64,000 bases of DNA from Phycisphaerae bacterium. Its GTDB lineage: Bacteria; Planctomycetota; Phycisphaerae; UBA1845. The notes under the pieces were generated by a model, which saw only the letters and a program-made list of their open reading frames with translations, had not been told where the DNA came from and did no database searches. The stretch is taken from assembly GCA_963666835.2 (NCBI GenBank), contig CAXXGO010000001.1, positions 1,312,001 through 1,376,000 on the forward strand, read 5' to 3'. Below, one piece after another: positions 1 through 9,168 of this stretch. Each line of letters starts with the position of its first letter. The stretch's first letter is position 1. Made by a program: the position numbers and the translations under genes.

Positions 1-144
1 AACTTCCTTGACCACATCGAGAACCGCCTCGGCCTCGAATGGCGAACAATGGAGTCCGTGCTTGATTTCGTGCAAAAACTTGGCATCCAGTGTCTTCGAG
101 TCAAGACGCTCAAGCCTCTCCTTCTTCTTGTTCCGCAGCCCCAT
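1..144 (-). CDS. DUF1670-like protein A, N-terminal part (partial)
   Basis: Same sequence as the 5' end of 7342..8193 (MGLRNKKKERLERLDSK...). Confidence 0.85.
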   Translation of the reverse strand, partial: MGLRNKKKERLERLDSKTLDAKFLHEIKHGLHCSPFEAEAVLDVVKEV

Positions 145-209
145 GCGTAGTCCTCCCAAGTCCCGAAGTCCGTTACCAAGGTACCCGGGTGGACATATGT
201 CAGGAAGGT
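1..209 (-). mobile_element. Left end of a second copy of the DUF1670-pair insertion element (truncated by window edge)
   Basis: 1-209 is the reverse complement of 7277-7485; ORFs 8..211(+) and 7275..7478(-) translate identically; sub-terminal IR at 188-202, CT core (AG on +) at 210-211. Confidence 0.9.
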
Positions 210-211
210 AG

Positions 212-423
212 GCGTTACGTCCCGCAGCCCAGGGTTGCCGCGGAGCGGCCACCCTGGAGTGACGGTCACATCAAAGACCAACCCTGACGGGGTTGCGACA
301 CTGTTCAACCCACTTCGAGGTTGGTCTGGGAAGGGGCTTTGTGACTCAGGGTGGCACTGCGTGGCTGCGCCGCTTCGTTTACCCTGGGCCTTGTTGTGAA
401 ACACCTTTGGCGTATGTTCGGAA
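212..423. repeat. REP-like palindromic cluster (ACCCTGGGC / AACGCCTTCGGCGT family), including an empty paralogous target site at 391-423
   Basis: 282-423 is near-identical to 7153-7276 joined to 9190-9206; a further partial copy lies at about 47067-47159. Confidence 0.8.
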
Positions 424-433
424 AAGGTGAACC

Positions 434-533
434 GTCCCGAAGGGACGTGGGCATGCAGCCACGGGTGGAACGCAGCGGAACCCGTGGGCGAGGTTTGTCT
501 CCCAAGGCCGCCCGTCCCGGCGGGCCGGCGGAC
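434..533. repeat. REP-like repeat (GCCACGGGTGGAnCGnAGCGGAACCCGTGG family)
   Basis: Copies at about 5570-5668 and 46867-46967; internal hairpins. Confidence 0.8.
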
Positions 534-725
534 TGATGATGCCCTTCGGCGTCGAATGTAGCCGAGAATTCTCGATGTTGCACCGGAGGCGGGATTCACC
601 TAATCGGGTGACAACACGTTATTCCCCGGAGCTTCGTAGAGCTCGGGGAATGAGACGTTCCACAATGGCGCCCGCCGCGTGACGACCTGGATTCAACCTT
701 CCAAGAATATTCTCGAAGAAAAGGC

Positions 726-760
726 TTGACTGCAATGTTAGGGGGGGGGGGGGGTACCAT
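726..760 (+). promoter_or_regulatory. Possible sigma70-type promoter with a G14 tract in the spacer
   Basis: TTGACT (726-731), GCAATGTTA, G14 (741-754), TACCAT (755-760); current spacer is 23 bp. Confidence 0.3.
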
Positions 761-910
761 ACAAGAGTTCAAAGGTCGTCGGTAAAAGACAAAACAGATT
801 CTGTGGTTCGATAGAGCGCGGTCGAGCCGCGTGGTGCGTCGCTTCAGTGGTTGGGTGCCGCATCGCTTTGGCGGTGGGAGACCCGACAGCACCTTGAGCG
901 CCCGGCCGCG

Positions 911-1243
911 ATCAGTACGGCGAGCGTGAGCGACCCGCCCGATGTGATGGTAGCGCAGGGCCGGCTCCCTGACGGTTGCGGTACTGACATGCGGGGCCAC
1001 GTCTTGCCGGGTCGCCCGGCGCTTCAGCGGCCGGAGACACGAACTGACACGGAGGCGGCACTGGCAAGCAACTCGACAGTGGATTGAGTGGCCTGCCGCG
1101 GTCAGTACGGTGAGCATAAGCGATCCGCTCTGGGCGCGTGGTGCGTCGGGCCGGCTCCCTGACGGTCGCGGTACTGAATGGTGCCTGCGGGCGCTGTGAC
1201 GGTTGTAGTCTCGTAGGGCACGGTCGAGGCACGAGACCTGCCG
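911..1243. repeat. REP-like cluster: two GCCGGCTCCCTGACGGTyGCGGTACTGA units plus an inverted CGGCAGGTCTCGTGCCTCGACCGTGCCCTACG unit
   Basis: Units at about 911-987 and 1101-1177; the last family recurs at about 5459, 5836, 7042, 9230 and 26378. Confidence 0.75.
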
Positions 1244-1380
1244 GAAGAGCGGTTTGCGCAGGCCTGAGCCCCGAAAGCACCGGTCAAGCGCTCGGCGTGC
1301 GCGCAAAATCGGCAAGGATGTAACACCTGTCCACGTGGACAAGGTAGATCGTTTTTCATATCTTGGATAGGAGAAGTCAC

Positions 1381-2439
1381 ATGGTAGCGACTGAGACGAA
1401 GATCGTGGCCGCATGTTGCAGTGTTTTGATGATGCTCCCGTCATGGGCATGGGCGCAGCTCTACGCCCCACCGGACGCGACGGTTGACCTTCCGGTGCAG
1501 GTCGTACAGAGCGCCCAGAATCGCACGCCCGAGGAGATACGAGCGTGGGCGTTTACGGACGAGTATGTTCTGCAGTACCTAGTCAGCAACGCGTATTCGA
1601 TCGGCACGTTCGAGGCGATGTGGCCCGCAGGTGATCCGGACATTCACGCGATGATCGTTGAGCCGCCGGACTACCCGGGACAGATTGTGTTGATCGACTC
1701 GACGGTGGACCCCGAGGAGGCGGAGGAACTACCGGTGGTAGATACTGGCACGTTCACCGAGTTTGCCCGCTACGCAGCTGACAATGTCGCCGTGGGTGTC
1801 AGCTTCGTAGCAGGGACTTTTAGCCGGTCGGGCAGTGAACTGGTTGTTGTGGGACTCGAATTGGCGGTGGTCGTCGAGGACGCGGACCTACCGGAGCCCA
1901 TTGTAGTGAGGACGTTTCGGTCATTGGATGTCATTCCTGATGAAGACTTGGCGCACGCGACGGCTTATCGCTACGCTGTACTGAGCGCGAACCACTCGTC
2001 GGGGAGCGGTGGAAAGGACGCACTCGTTCAACGCACGCACCCCGCTATGATGGCTGAGCCGGAAGGCAACAACACGCCGGCACGCGACAACTGCGGGTGT
2101 TTCATGACGCTTCGGCACAGTCTCCAGGAAGCGCAGGATGAACGAAACAGGGATATCGCCAGTCTTCTGGGCACATATACGGGCTTAATCATAGGGGCCG
2201 TTGCTGCTTGCTTGGCGTTCCATTTCTTCGCAGCCACATGCGTTGGGCTCACTGTCGGCTCGCTTTTGACTGTGGCCTCGATCGAGTTTGAGATGATAGA
2301 CACTGCGTATGTGCACACATGCGATAGGCATCGGGATCTTTACGACGCGTGTTGCGACAGGACGGGTTGTGTTTGCCCAGGGTTGCCATGTTTTGGACAG
2401 GGCGATAGAATCCCGGAGGGCGCACTGATTGCAGACTGA
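1381..2439 (+). CDS. Secreted hypothetical protein with C-terminal hydrophobic hairpin and Cys-rich tail
   Basis: AGGAG RBS before ATG 1381; signal peptide ending AWA-Q; C-terminal CCDRTGCVC. Confidence 0.7.
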   Translation: MVATETKIVAACCSVLMMLPSWAWAQLYAPPDATVDLPVQVVQSAQNRTPEEIRAWAFTDEYVLQYLVSNAYSIGTFEAMWPAGDPDIHAMIVEPPDYPGQIVLIDSTVDPEEAEELPVVDTGTFTEFARYAADNVAVGVSFVAGTFSRSGSELVVVGLELAVVVEDADLPEPIVVRTFRSLDVIPDEDLAHATAYRYAVLSANHSSGSGGKDALVQRTHPAMMAEPEGNNTPARDNCGCFMTLRHSLQEAQDERNRDIASLLGTYTGLIIGAVAACLAFHFFAATCVGLTVGSLLTVASIEFEMIDTAYVHTCDRHRDLYDACCDRTGCVCPGLPCFGQGDRIPEGALIAD

Positions 2440-2440
2440 T

Positions 2441-3385
2441 ATGTCAACATCGAAGGGTCCGAGTACTCGCCGCAGGCGGTCGCGGATCGCGACGTTTTTC
2501 GTTAACGTGGTCACTCAGGGCGCCGGGCTGCCTTGGGCGGTCCTCAGAATGCACGTGCTTCGCGATTACTTGGGGATAGTGTGTTTGTTTGTTCTTGGAT
2601 TCGGAAGCTTGGTCTTTGCGGCAAGCTCGGCATGGCCGAGAGGGTCTGCGGCTCTCTATCTGGGAACGGTCGTTTATGGGGGATTCGCTGCGTTGGGATT
2701 GCGCCGCTCCTGCATTGAGGTTCAGCTGAAGCGAGAGGTCGCAAGCATGGGAAACGCTGCTTGCCTTGAGTGCGGGCGTCGGCTTATTGAGAGAAACGGC
2801 CAATGTCCGGCGTGCGGATGGGAATACGAAGATGTCGGCGAAGTAACCAAGTTCTGGGCTGAATGGGAGCCGTGTGCTGGTCTGTTGTACAGGATATCCG
2901 GGGGGCGCAGAGCGGATTGCATGCAGCCCGGCCGAGTGAAACCGGCTCTTTTGACCAGGCTCCGCATGCGTTTCGAGGTGCTCTTCATTGTTTGCGGTGT
3001 GATGATTGGGGGCGTTGTTTTGGTGTACGGTCGCTGTCTGCAAGGCGCAGCGTCGTTATCGGCGTTGTTGTGGCCTTACCTTGTCGCCGTGTTCGCCTTG
3101 GTTGTCGTGCTTAGTCTCGGTTGCCGGTTCGCAGAACGGCGCCTCAAACGTGACGTGGTCGGTAAGGACAACGCAGCCTGCTTCGAGTGCGGGTACTGGC
3201 TCACCGAGCCGACCGGCCGTTGCCCGGAGTGTGGTTGGGCGTACGAGAGTCTTGAAGATGTTGTGCGGTTTTGGAGCGAATGGCAGCCGTTCCGGCGCTT
3301 TCCGCGGCTACGGAAGCAGAAGGCGGTGGAGGCCGAAGGTTCGGGTGATCCTGGCTCTTCGAAGGAGGTGTCAGCGCCCGAGTGA
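2441..3385 (+). CDS. Membrane protein with two TM-pair + CxxC-x10-CxxC zinc-ribbon modules
   Basis: CLECG...CPACGWEYE and CFECG...CPECGWAYE; starts immediately after upstream stop. Confidence 0.75.
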   Translation: MSTSKGPSTRRRRSRIATFFVNVVTQGAGLPWAVLRMHVLRDYLGIVCLFVLGFGSLVFAASSAWPRGSAALYLGTVVYGGFAALGLRRSCIEVQLKREVASMGNAACLECGRRLIERNGQCPACGWEYEDVGEVTKFWAEWEPCAGLLYRISGGRRADCMQPGRVKPALLTRLRMRFEVLFIVCGVMIGGVVLVYGRCLQGAASLSALLWPYLVAVFALVVVLSLGCRFAERRLKRDVVGKDNAACFECGYWLTEPTGRCPECGWAYESLEDVVRFWSEWQPFRRFPRLRKQKAVEAEGSGDPGSSKEVSAPE

Positions 3386-3626
3386 CACGAGCCGGACATA
3401 TTGGGTGCCCGCGGGGCGCCCCGTTTCTCACATGGCATGGGGCGGGGCGCCCGCGCGGTTGCACCGGGTTTCGTTCTCTGAACCAGCGGTACGACGCGTA
3501 AGGGGTGGACCGGCCCTTCCTCACAGGCTGCCTCAGGTTATCGGATCTGGAATTGCAGCGCAGCTCGCAGAAAATCGTAGCCGGATATTGGGCATGCTGC
3601 AATATCTACAAATGTTGTGATGAGCC

Positions 3627-4619
3627 ATGTTGGTGATGAGCCACTGTGAGATGCTTCCTGGCATTGTCGTCAGAATAGGTCGCCGTTTCGGGCTCTTGGG
3701 GTTGGCCTCGATGGCCGCGCCGTTCCTCGTTGTCTTCTGGGCGGGCTGGTACGTTGATTTTTCTGTGGGAGGGGCAACGCGTCCATTTGGGCTCTTTGTG
3801 GGCTGTGCCATTGTTTGTGTCATCGCATTCGCCGCTATGGTGTCAGTGTGGCAAATGCGGGTCGAGACGCGGCTACATTGCGACGTGGCGAGCAAGGGCT
3901 TTGCCGTGTGCTTTGAGTGCGGGCATCGGCTCGCCGGGAGCGGCGGGCATTGTCCCAAATGTGACTGGGAGTATGACGATATCGAGCAGGTTGTCAGTTG
4001 CTGGGCAAACTGGAAGCCGTCCGAGTATCTGTTTCGCAGGACGAGCGTAGAGGGTACGGACGCGCCGGTTGCCGTTGCGGGGGCGCGAAGCGCCGATGGG
4101 TCGATTATCGACTGCAACGGACCCGGTGTAGTAACGAGCGGTCGCGTGCTGCAGAAACTCGGTAGCCCGCTGATTCTGAACAGGATTCTGAACCGCCACG
4201 ACGCGCTCGGCCTGATAGCGTTTCTCTCAGTCGTCGGCGTCTATATGGTGCATGTCTGGAACGTGCCGGGCTCAGGTACGCCTTCATTAAGCAGGATGTT
4301 CGGTTATATTGCGGCCGGATTGGGCACCACCGTTCTATGCAAGGTGTTTCGCTTGTTCGCGGAGCAGCGGCTGAAACGCGATGTGGCCGGTAAGAACAAC
4401 GCTGCGTGCTTCGGATGCGGCTACTGGCTCACGGAGCCGAGTGGGCGGTGTCCGGAGTGTGGTTGGGCGTACGAGAGTCTTGAAGAGGTCAGAGGGTCCT
4501 GGACGGAGTGGCAACCGTGTTGGTACTTTCTCAGCCGAAGGAACAGGAGGCGGCAAGGCGCCGGCGATACGCTGGACCAAGACGGCGCGGATTCGGCGGC
4601 AACGGCCGATCAGCGCTGA
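3627..4619 (+). CDS. Paralogous membrane protein with two zinc-ribbon modules
   Basis: CFECG...CPKCDWEYD and CFGCG...CPECGWAYE; start codon uncertain. Confidence 0.75.
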   Translation: MLVMSHCEMLPGIVVRIGRRFGLLGLASMAAPFLVVFWAGWYVDFSVGGATRPFGLFVGCAIVCVIAFAAMVSVWQMRVETRLHCDVASKGFAVCFECGHRLAGSGGHCPKCDWEYDDIEQVVSCWANWKPSEYLFRRTSVEGTDAPVAVAGARSADGSIIDCNGPGVVTSGRVLQKLGSPLILNRILNRHDALGLIAFLSVVGVYMVHVWNVPGSGTPSLSRMFGYIAAGLGTTVLCKVFRLFAEQRLKRDVAGKNNAACFGCGYWLTEPSGRCPECGWAYESLEEVRGSWTEWQPCWYFLSRRNRRRQGAGDTLDQDGADSAATADQR

Positions 4620-4622
4620 CCG

Positions 4623-5315
4623 GTGCAGGCTACCGGCCGACAGCTTGTAACGGGACTATGCGTCGTGGACTCTACTGGTCATGCCGAATCACAGCTTCTT
4701 GCGGATGAATTGGTGTGCGCGGAGTGCGGATACGACCTGCGCGGGCTTCCCGGCGATCCGGTGCAGTGTTCGGAATGTGGCAGGACATGCCCGATCCGGG
4801 AACTGCGCGTGAACGCCGCCGAGATTCAGAAGGAGCTACGCAGGCTGGAGACCTTGCCGACAGCCTGCGTGGCCTCCTTTCTGGTGATGATCTTGGCGCT
4901 CGGTTGGGCTTGGTGGACGGGACGATCGGCATTCGGCGTACCGGTGGTTGTCGCTCTTGCGGGGTATTGGCTGCTGTTGGTACACAGATTCGCGGCGGTT
5001 ATTGAATGGGAGGTCGGATGGATACGGGTGTTGCTCTTGTTCCATATTACCGGGTTGGTTGGCGCGGTCTTGCTTGGGACGATCTGGTTCGCCGGTGTTA
5101 TACTGTTGATCCACTGCACCGGCGGGCCGTCATTCTGTGACGCGGCGATTCACCTGATTGTCATGGCCATGGCTGTTTCGGTCGCGGGACTGTTCACGGT
5201 GGTTCGACTGCTGAACCGAAGAGCTCGGATCGCGCAAAGGAAGCTGCAACACCGTCTGGCCATCCGACTCGCCCAGCTCAACCGAGGGGCCAATCGTCCT
5301 TTGATTAACATTTGA
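4623..5315 (+). CDS. Membrane protein with N-terminal zinc ribbon
   Basis: CAECGYDLRG...CSECG followed by about four hydrophobic segments. Confidence 0.7.
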   Translation: MQATGRQLVTGLCVVDSTGHAESQLLADELVCAECGYDLRGLPGDPVQCSECGRTCPIRELRVNAAEIQKELRRLETLPTACVASFLVMILALGWAWWTGRSAFGVPVVVALAGYWLLLVHRFAAVIEWEVGWIRVLLLFHITGLVGAVLLGTIWFAGVILLIHCTGGPSFCDAAIHLIVMAMAVSVAGLFTVVRLLNRRARIAQRKLQHRLAIRLAQLNRGANRPLINI

Positions 5316-5382
5316 TGCGGCTAAAGTCAGTCCTGCAGCGTTTGGTCTCCTGCCTCGGCTGTGCCGCACAAAGCTGTCAACA

Positions 5383-5918
5383 GGGTGGCATGGGCCAACT
5401 TGTTGGCTTGTGGGATCGCGCCACGCGTTCCCGGGGGTGAACCGCGGTCGCAACTTGGCGACAGGTCTTGTGCCTCGATCGTGCCCGACACCCGTGGACG
5501 CTGCGCTACAAAGGGGCCGTCGTAATCAGTACGGCAAGCGCGAGCGACTCGCCCTTGGTCGATATGCAGTCCCTTTAGGGACGTGGGCATGTAGCCACGG
5601 GTGGAGCGTAGCGGAACCCGTGGGCGAGGTTTGCCTCCCAAGCCCGCCCGTCCCGAAGGGCTGGCGGACGGTTACCGCGAATCACGCGAAGATCTGGCGG
5701 AATAGCGAAGTGTCGGCAATACGGCACTATCGACCCAGGGGCAAGCTGAAAGCGTCCATGCCGAAGCGCGTAATCTGGCGGTGTGCGGCGGAATGGCTTG
5801 CGCGCGAGCTACGCTATGCCCATGCCACGCGCCATGGCAGGTCTCGTTCCTCGACCGTGCCCTACGAGGGACCGACGCAAGCTCCGAACGGGTGGCCCGT
5901 GGCTTTAGCCGTGGGGGA
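5383..5918. repeat. Intergenic mosaic of several REP-like families
   Basis: Units matching 13165-13200 (inverted), 1212-1243, 911-940, 434-533 and 7122-7152. Confidence 0.7.
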
Positions 5919-5948
5919 CGCCCTCCGAGGGACTGAGGGGAGCCCGGG

Positions 5949-6896
5949 TCATCCGAAGCTGGCTGCTATTATGACGATGTAGATGCCGATGAATGGCGGG
6001 ACGACGAAGATCAGAGCTGCGAGCGTGAGCCAGAGCAGGGGCACGGACACGGCAATCAACGTCGCCCGCCTCCTGACGCGCGGCATAGCTCTTTGGGCAG
6101 TTCGCACGAGGTTCACCCACCAGGTGAACGCCACCATCCCGGCTGACAGGATGATCATCAGCCACCGGAGTTCCCAGATCTCCGCGCATGTCCAACGCCA
6201 GGATGTTCCATAGTATGGTTTGTACAACAGAACGGTGGTCGACAGCATCATGAGGACCAGGATTGCGAATGCCGCCAGCGGGCCGCAAGCGTAGTAGCTC
6301 AGCGTGCTTGCGGCGTTCTGCCGGGCAAGTGGCACGTTCCGGGGCCGGAAAAAGTCGCTGGGCACCCCGGTGGCGGCGATCAGAAAGAACAGCATGAGAG
6401 CCAGCCCAATCGCCAGCGGCCAGCCGGCTGTACAGGCATAGTCCCACAACAACGGCGGTATGGGGCCGCGATGGATCAGCTCGCGAAGCGGATCTCCCAC
6501 GACCTTCGGAGCCCGGGCGATGGCGGAGGTAACCACGACCGCCGTCACCGGCACGAAGACGTGCGCAATCGTGACCCATCGGAAGCTCTGAGCGTCTGCG
6601 CGGCTGACCGGGCGAATGCACTCCTCGCTGAAGCGCTGGTTCCGGAATGTCACCATCCAGACCGTGCGCCAGTAGCTCTTGAGGAGCCCGCGCTCTCGGC
6701 GGTGGACCCAAGGTATCCCCGACTCTGTCGACCGTAGGTTTTCCAGGGAGTGGCCGCACTCGGGGCAGCGGTTGCTGACGACCCCGCGCAGGTCATAGGT
6801 GCATTCCGAGCAGTAGACTCCAGGCTCAATTGCCGGCAGAGCGTTGGGTTGCTCATTGTCCGGTGCGTCGTTAGCGATAACAGATTCGTCTGCCAT
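5949..6896 (-). CDS. Membrane protein with N-terminal zinc ribbon
   Basis: CSECTYDLRG...CPECG then multiple TM segments; 315 aa. Confidence 0.75.
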   Translation of the reverse strand: MADESVIANDAPDNEQPNALPAIEPGVYCSECTYDLRGVVSNRCPECGHSLENLRSTESGIPWVHRRERGLLKSYWRTVWMVTFRNQRFSEECIRPVSRADAQSFRWVTIAHVFVPVTAVVVTSAIARAPKVVGDPLRELIHRGPIPPLLWDYACTAGWPLAIGLALMLFFLIAATGVPSDFFRPRNVPLARQNAASTLSYYACGPLAAFAILVLMMLSTTVLLYKPYYGTSWRWTCAEIWELRWLMIILSAGMVAFTWWVNLVRTAQRAMPRVRRRATLIAVSVPLLWLTLAALIFVVPPFIGIYIVIIAASFG

Positions 6897-7041
6897 GCCG
6901 GGGGTGTCCTGTCATGCACGGATTCTGCGGTTCGTGGAGCGAACCGCACCCCATCCGAAGAACCGACCACCCTCATCATGGCAGGCTCCGGGGGTAAGGT
7001 CAAGATACGCCGTGCTGGTCGGCATGGCCGATGCGAGGTTG

Positions 7042-7276
7042 CGGCAGGTCTCGTGCCTCGACCATGCCCTACGTAGCTGCACTGCTCAAGAGTAGTGGCA
7101 CACCCGAGAACCCAGGTGTGGACGGGTGGCCCATGGCTTTAGCCGTGGGGGACCTGACGGGGTTGCGACGCTGTTCGACCCACTTCGGGGTTGGTCTGGG
7201 AAGGGGCTTTGTGACCCAGGGTGGCACTGCGCGGCTGCGCCGCTTCGTTTACCCTGGGCTTTGTTGTGAAACGCCT
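7042..7276. repeat. REP mosaic; the last unit is interrupted by the DUF1670 element
   Basis: Units at 7042-7072, 7079-7102, 7122-7152 and 7153-7276; sequence resumes at 9190 (TCGGCGTATGTTCGGAA). Confidence 0.8.
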
Positions 7277-7341
7277 ACCTTCCTGACATATGTCCACCCG
7301 GGTACCTTGGTAACGGACTTCGGGACTTGGGAGGACTACGC

Positions 7342-8193
7342 ATGGGGCTGCGGAACAAGAAGAAGGAGAGGCTTGAGCGTCTTGACTCGAAGACACTGGA
7401 TGCCAAGTTTTTGCACGAAATCAAGCACGGACTCCATTGTTCGCCATTCGAGGCCGAGGCGGTTCTCGATGTGGTCAAGGAAGTTTACTTCCCGTACCTC
7501 GATGAACACGCCGGCAAGGCCCCACCTGGCAAGATTGGCTTGGTCGTCGTCGACGCCGACGAGCCTGCCGGGAAACCCGTCTGCGAATGCCAGAAGCAGA
7601 ACGTGTGCCTGACAATCCACCGAGGTGCAGAGGATGATCGACTTCTGGAGGAGGAGGGGCCGGTCGGCTTTCGACAAGCCCGCATCCCACCGCTTTGCCA
7701 AGAAGCCCTGAGTCAAGGTGGGCTGCTCACGCGCGAAGATCTGGCCTACCGGATGTTCTTTGTTACGCCACGAACCATTACGCGCGATTTGAACGCTCTC
7801 CGGAGTGCGTATCCCGGGGTGCTTATTCCTCTGCGAGGAATCGTACACGATCTTGGTCCCGTGTTGACTCATCGCAGCCAAATCGTGCGTTTGGCTCTGG
7901 AGGGAAAGACGACCTCACAGATCTGCACCATGCTTCGCCATTCACCGGCGGCTGTAGCGAACTACGTCTCGACATTCACCCGTTGTGCGCAGTTGGCAAA
8001 GAAAGGTATGCAGGTCGGGCAAATCGCCTTCCTTCTGCGGAGAGGCAAGCGGTTGGTACAACAGTACCTTGATCTCCTCGACGAATGCGCGGTCGACAAG
8101 AACATGGGCTATCACCTGGAAGAACTGATGCGCCTGGGTTGTTGTGGCGGGGGGAAAAAGGAGCTCGGTGAAGAGGGAAGATCCGATGGGTAA
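7342..8193 (+). CDS. DUF1670-like protein A
   Basis: GGAGG RBS; motifs EALSQGGLLTREDLA, RGIVHDLGPVLTHR and HSPAAVANY, recalled as typical of DUF1670. Confidence 0.8.
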   Translation: MGLRNKKKERLERLDSKTLDAKFLHEIKHGLHCSPFEAEAVLDVVKEVYFPYLDEHAGKAPPGKIGLVVVDADEPAGKPVCECQKQNVCLTIHRGAEDDRLLEEEGPVGFRQARIPPLCQEALSQGGLLTREDLAYRMFFVTPRTITRDLNALRSAYPGVLIPLRGIVHDLGPVLTHRSQIVRLALEGKTTSQICTMLRHSPAAVANYVSTFTRCAQLAKKGMQVGQIAFLLRRGKRLVQQYLDLLDECAVDKNMGYHLEELMRLGCCGGGKKELGEEGRSDG

Positions 8194-8959
8194 GCCGCGA
8201 GACACCAACAGCAGAAGATACAGTCCCCTGCAGGCGAAAACGCTGAGAAACGTGTTGGCTCACCGCATCGAAACGGAGTTTCCACGCATAGGCGGCCCAC
8301 GGATTCGCAACCTGTGCGCAGAGATGATCCTTGAGGTCATCGGTGCCCACGTTCTCCCGAAGGAGCATATCCAACATGGTCAGATACTCTGGATGGCGAT
8401 CAGCAGCGCAGATCCCCCGAGTCAGCGTCGACGGATTGAGGATACCGATCTGCTTCCGGTGGTCTTGGACGTGAGTACCTTCGAGGATATCGAGATGCGT
8501 TTGCAGAAGAAGGGACGTGGAGAGTTGCTCTTACAAAAGAGCTTGAGGTTATGCCGACAGGCGTACGAACAAGGGGGCGTTCTGTCCAACTCTGATCTCT
8601 CGGAGTTGTTAGCAGTCAATGCGTCGGACGTCTCGCGATTGTTGGCGGCGTACGAACGCGAGACCGGTCAGATCGTCCCACGTCGCGCTACTGTCCACGA
8701 TGTCGGCACAGGGCTTACGCACAAACGGATCATCTGTTTCAAACATTACGCAGAAGGCAAAGCGGCTAACGAAGTGGCTCGGGAAACGTACCACAGCCTT
8801 GAGGCTGTGGATCGTTACCTGGGCCAGTACGATCGCGTCCGCCACTGCCATCTTCAGGGGCTGACGGCAAAGGAGACAGCCCATGCTTTAGGTTGCAGCA
8901 TCTTCCTGGTTCAGGAGTACCTGGAGATCGATCATGAGTTGGAGGGCCAGCATGCTTGA
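8186..8959 (+). CDS. DUF1670-like protein B
   Basis: Overlaps gene A stop; motifs QAYEQGGVLSNSDLS, RATVHDVGTGLTHKRII and HSLEAVDRY. Confidence 0.8.
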   Translation: MGKPRDTNSRRYSPLQAKTLRNVLAHRIETEFPRIGGPRIRNLCAEMILEVIGAHVLPKEHIQHGQILWMAISSADPPSQRRRIEDTDLLPVVLDVSTFEDIEMRLQKKGRGELLLQKSLRLCRQAYEQGGVLSNSDLSELLAVNASDVSRLLAAYERETGQIVPRRATVHDVGTGLTHKRIICFKHYAEGKAANEVARETYHSLEAVDRYLGQYDRVRHCHLQGLTAKETAHALGCSIFLVQEYLEIDHELEGQHA

Positions 8960-9168
8960 CTCGATGGCACAGCACGTCAGACTTGTGTGTGCTGGTCGAG
9001 AGGACAGGGCTCTGCTGAGGAGCACCCCGAGCGCTCGTACCAGTGCCGGGACAGGCGCGGGAGTCTGCATGCACGGCGGGCTCTCGCTCTCCCTGGCCTG
9101 TTCTGGCTCCCAAGCGACAAACCTTGGGGGTCTGGGGGCAAAGCCCCCGGTGATCGCCACACGGTCGC
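8960..9168 (+). ncRNA. Candidate structured non-coding RNA in the element's right end
   Basis: Consecutive stem-loops read by eye: CTCGA...TCGAG (8960-9000), AGGACAGG...CCTGTTCT, GCGGGAGTC...GGCTCTCGC, CCCAAG...CTTGGG and GGGGGC-AAA-GCCCCC; expression unknown. Confidence 0.35.

Noticed and set aside
596..1471. 291-aa minus-strand ORF
   Set aside because: Runs through REP repeats and the poly-G tract; low-information translation, probably non-coding
2441..4619. Diversity-generating retroelement template/variable repeat pair
   Set aside because: Differences between modules are not adenine-specific and no reverse transcriptase is present
8144..8165. GGGGGGAAAAAG as a -1 frameshift site fusing DUF1670 A and B
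   Set aside because: Gene B is in the +1 frame relative to A, not -1, and has its own ATG at 8186 with a purine-rich RBS
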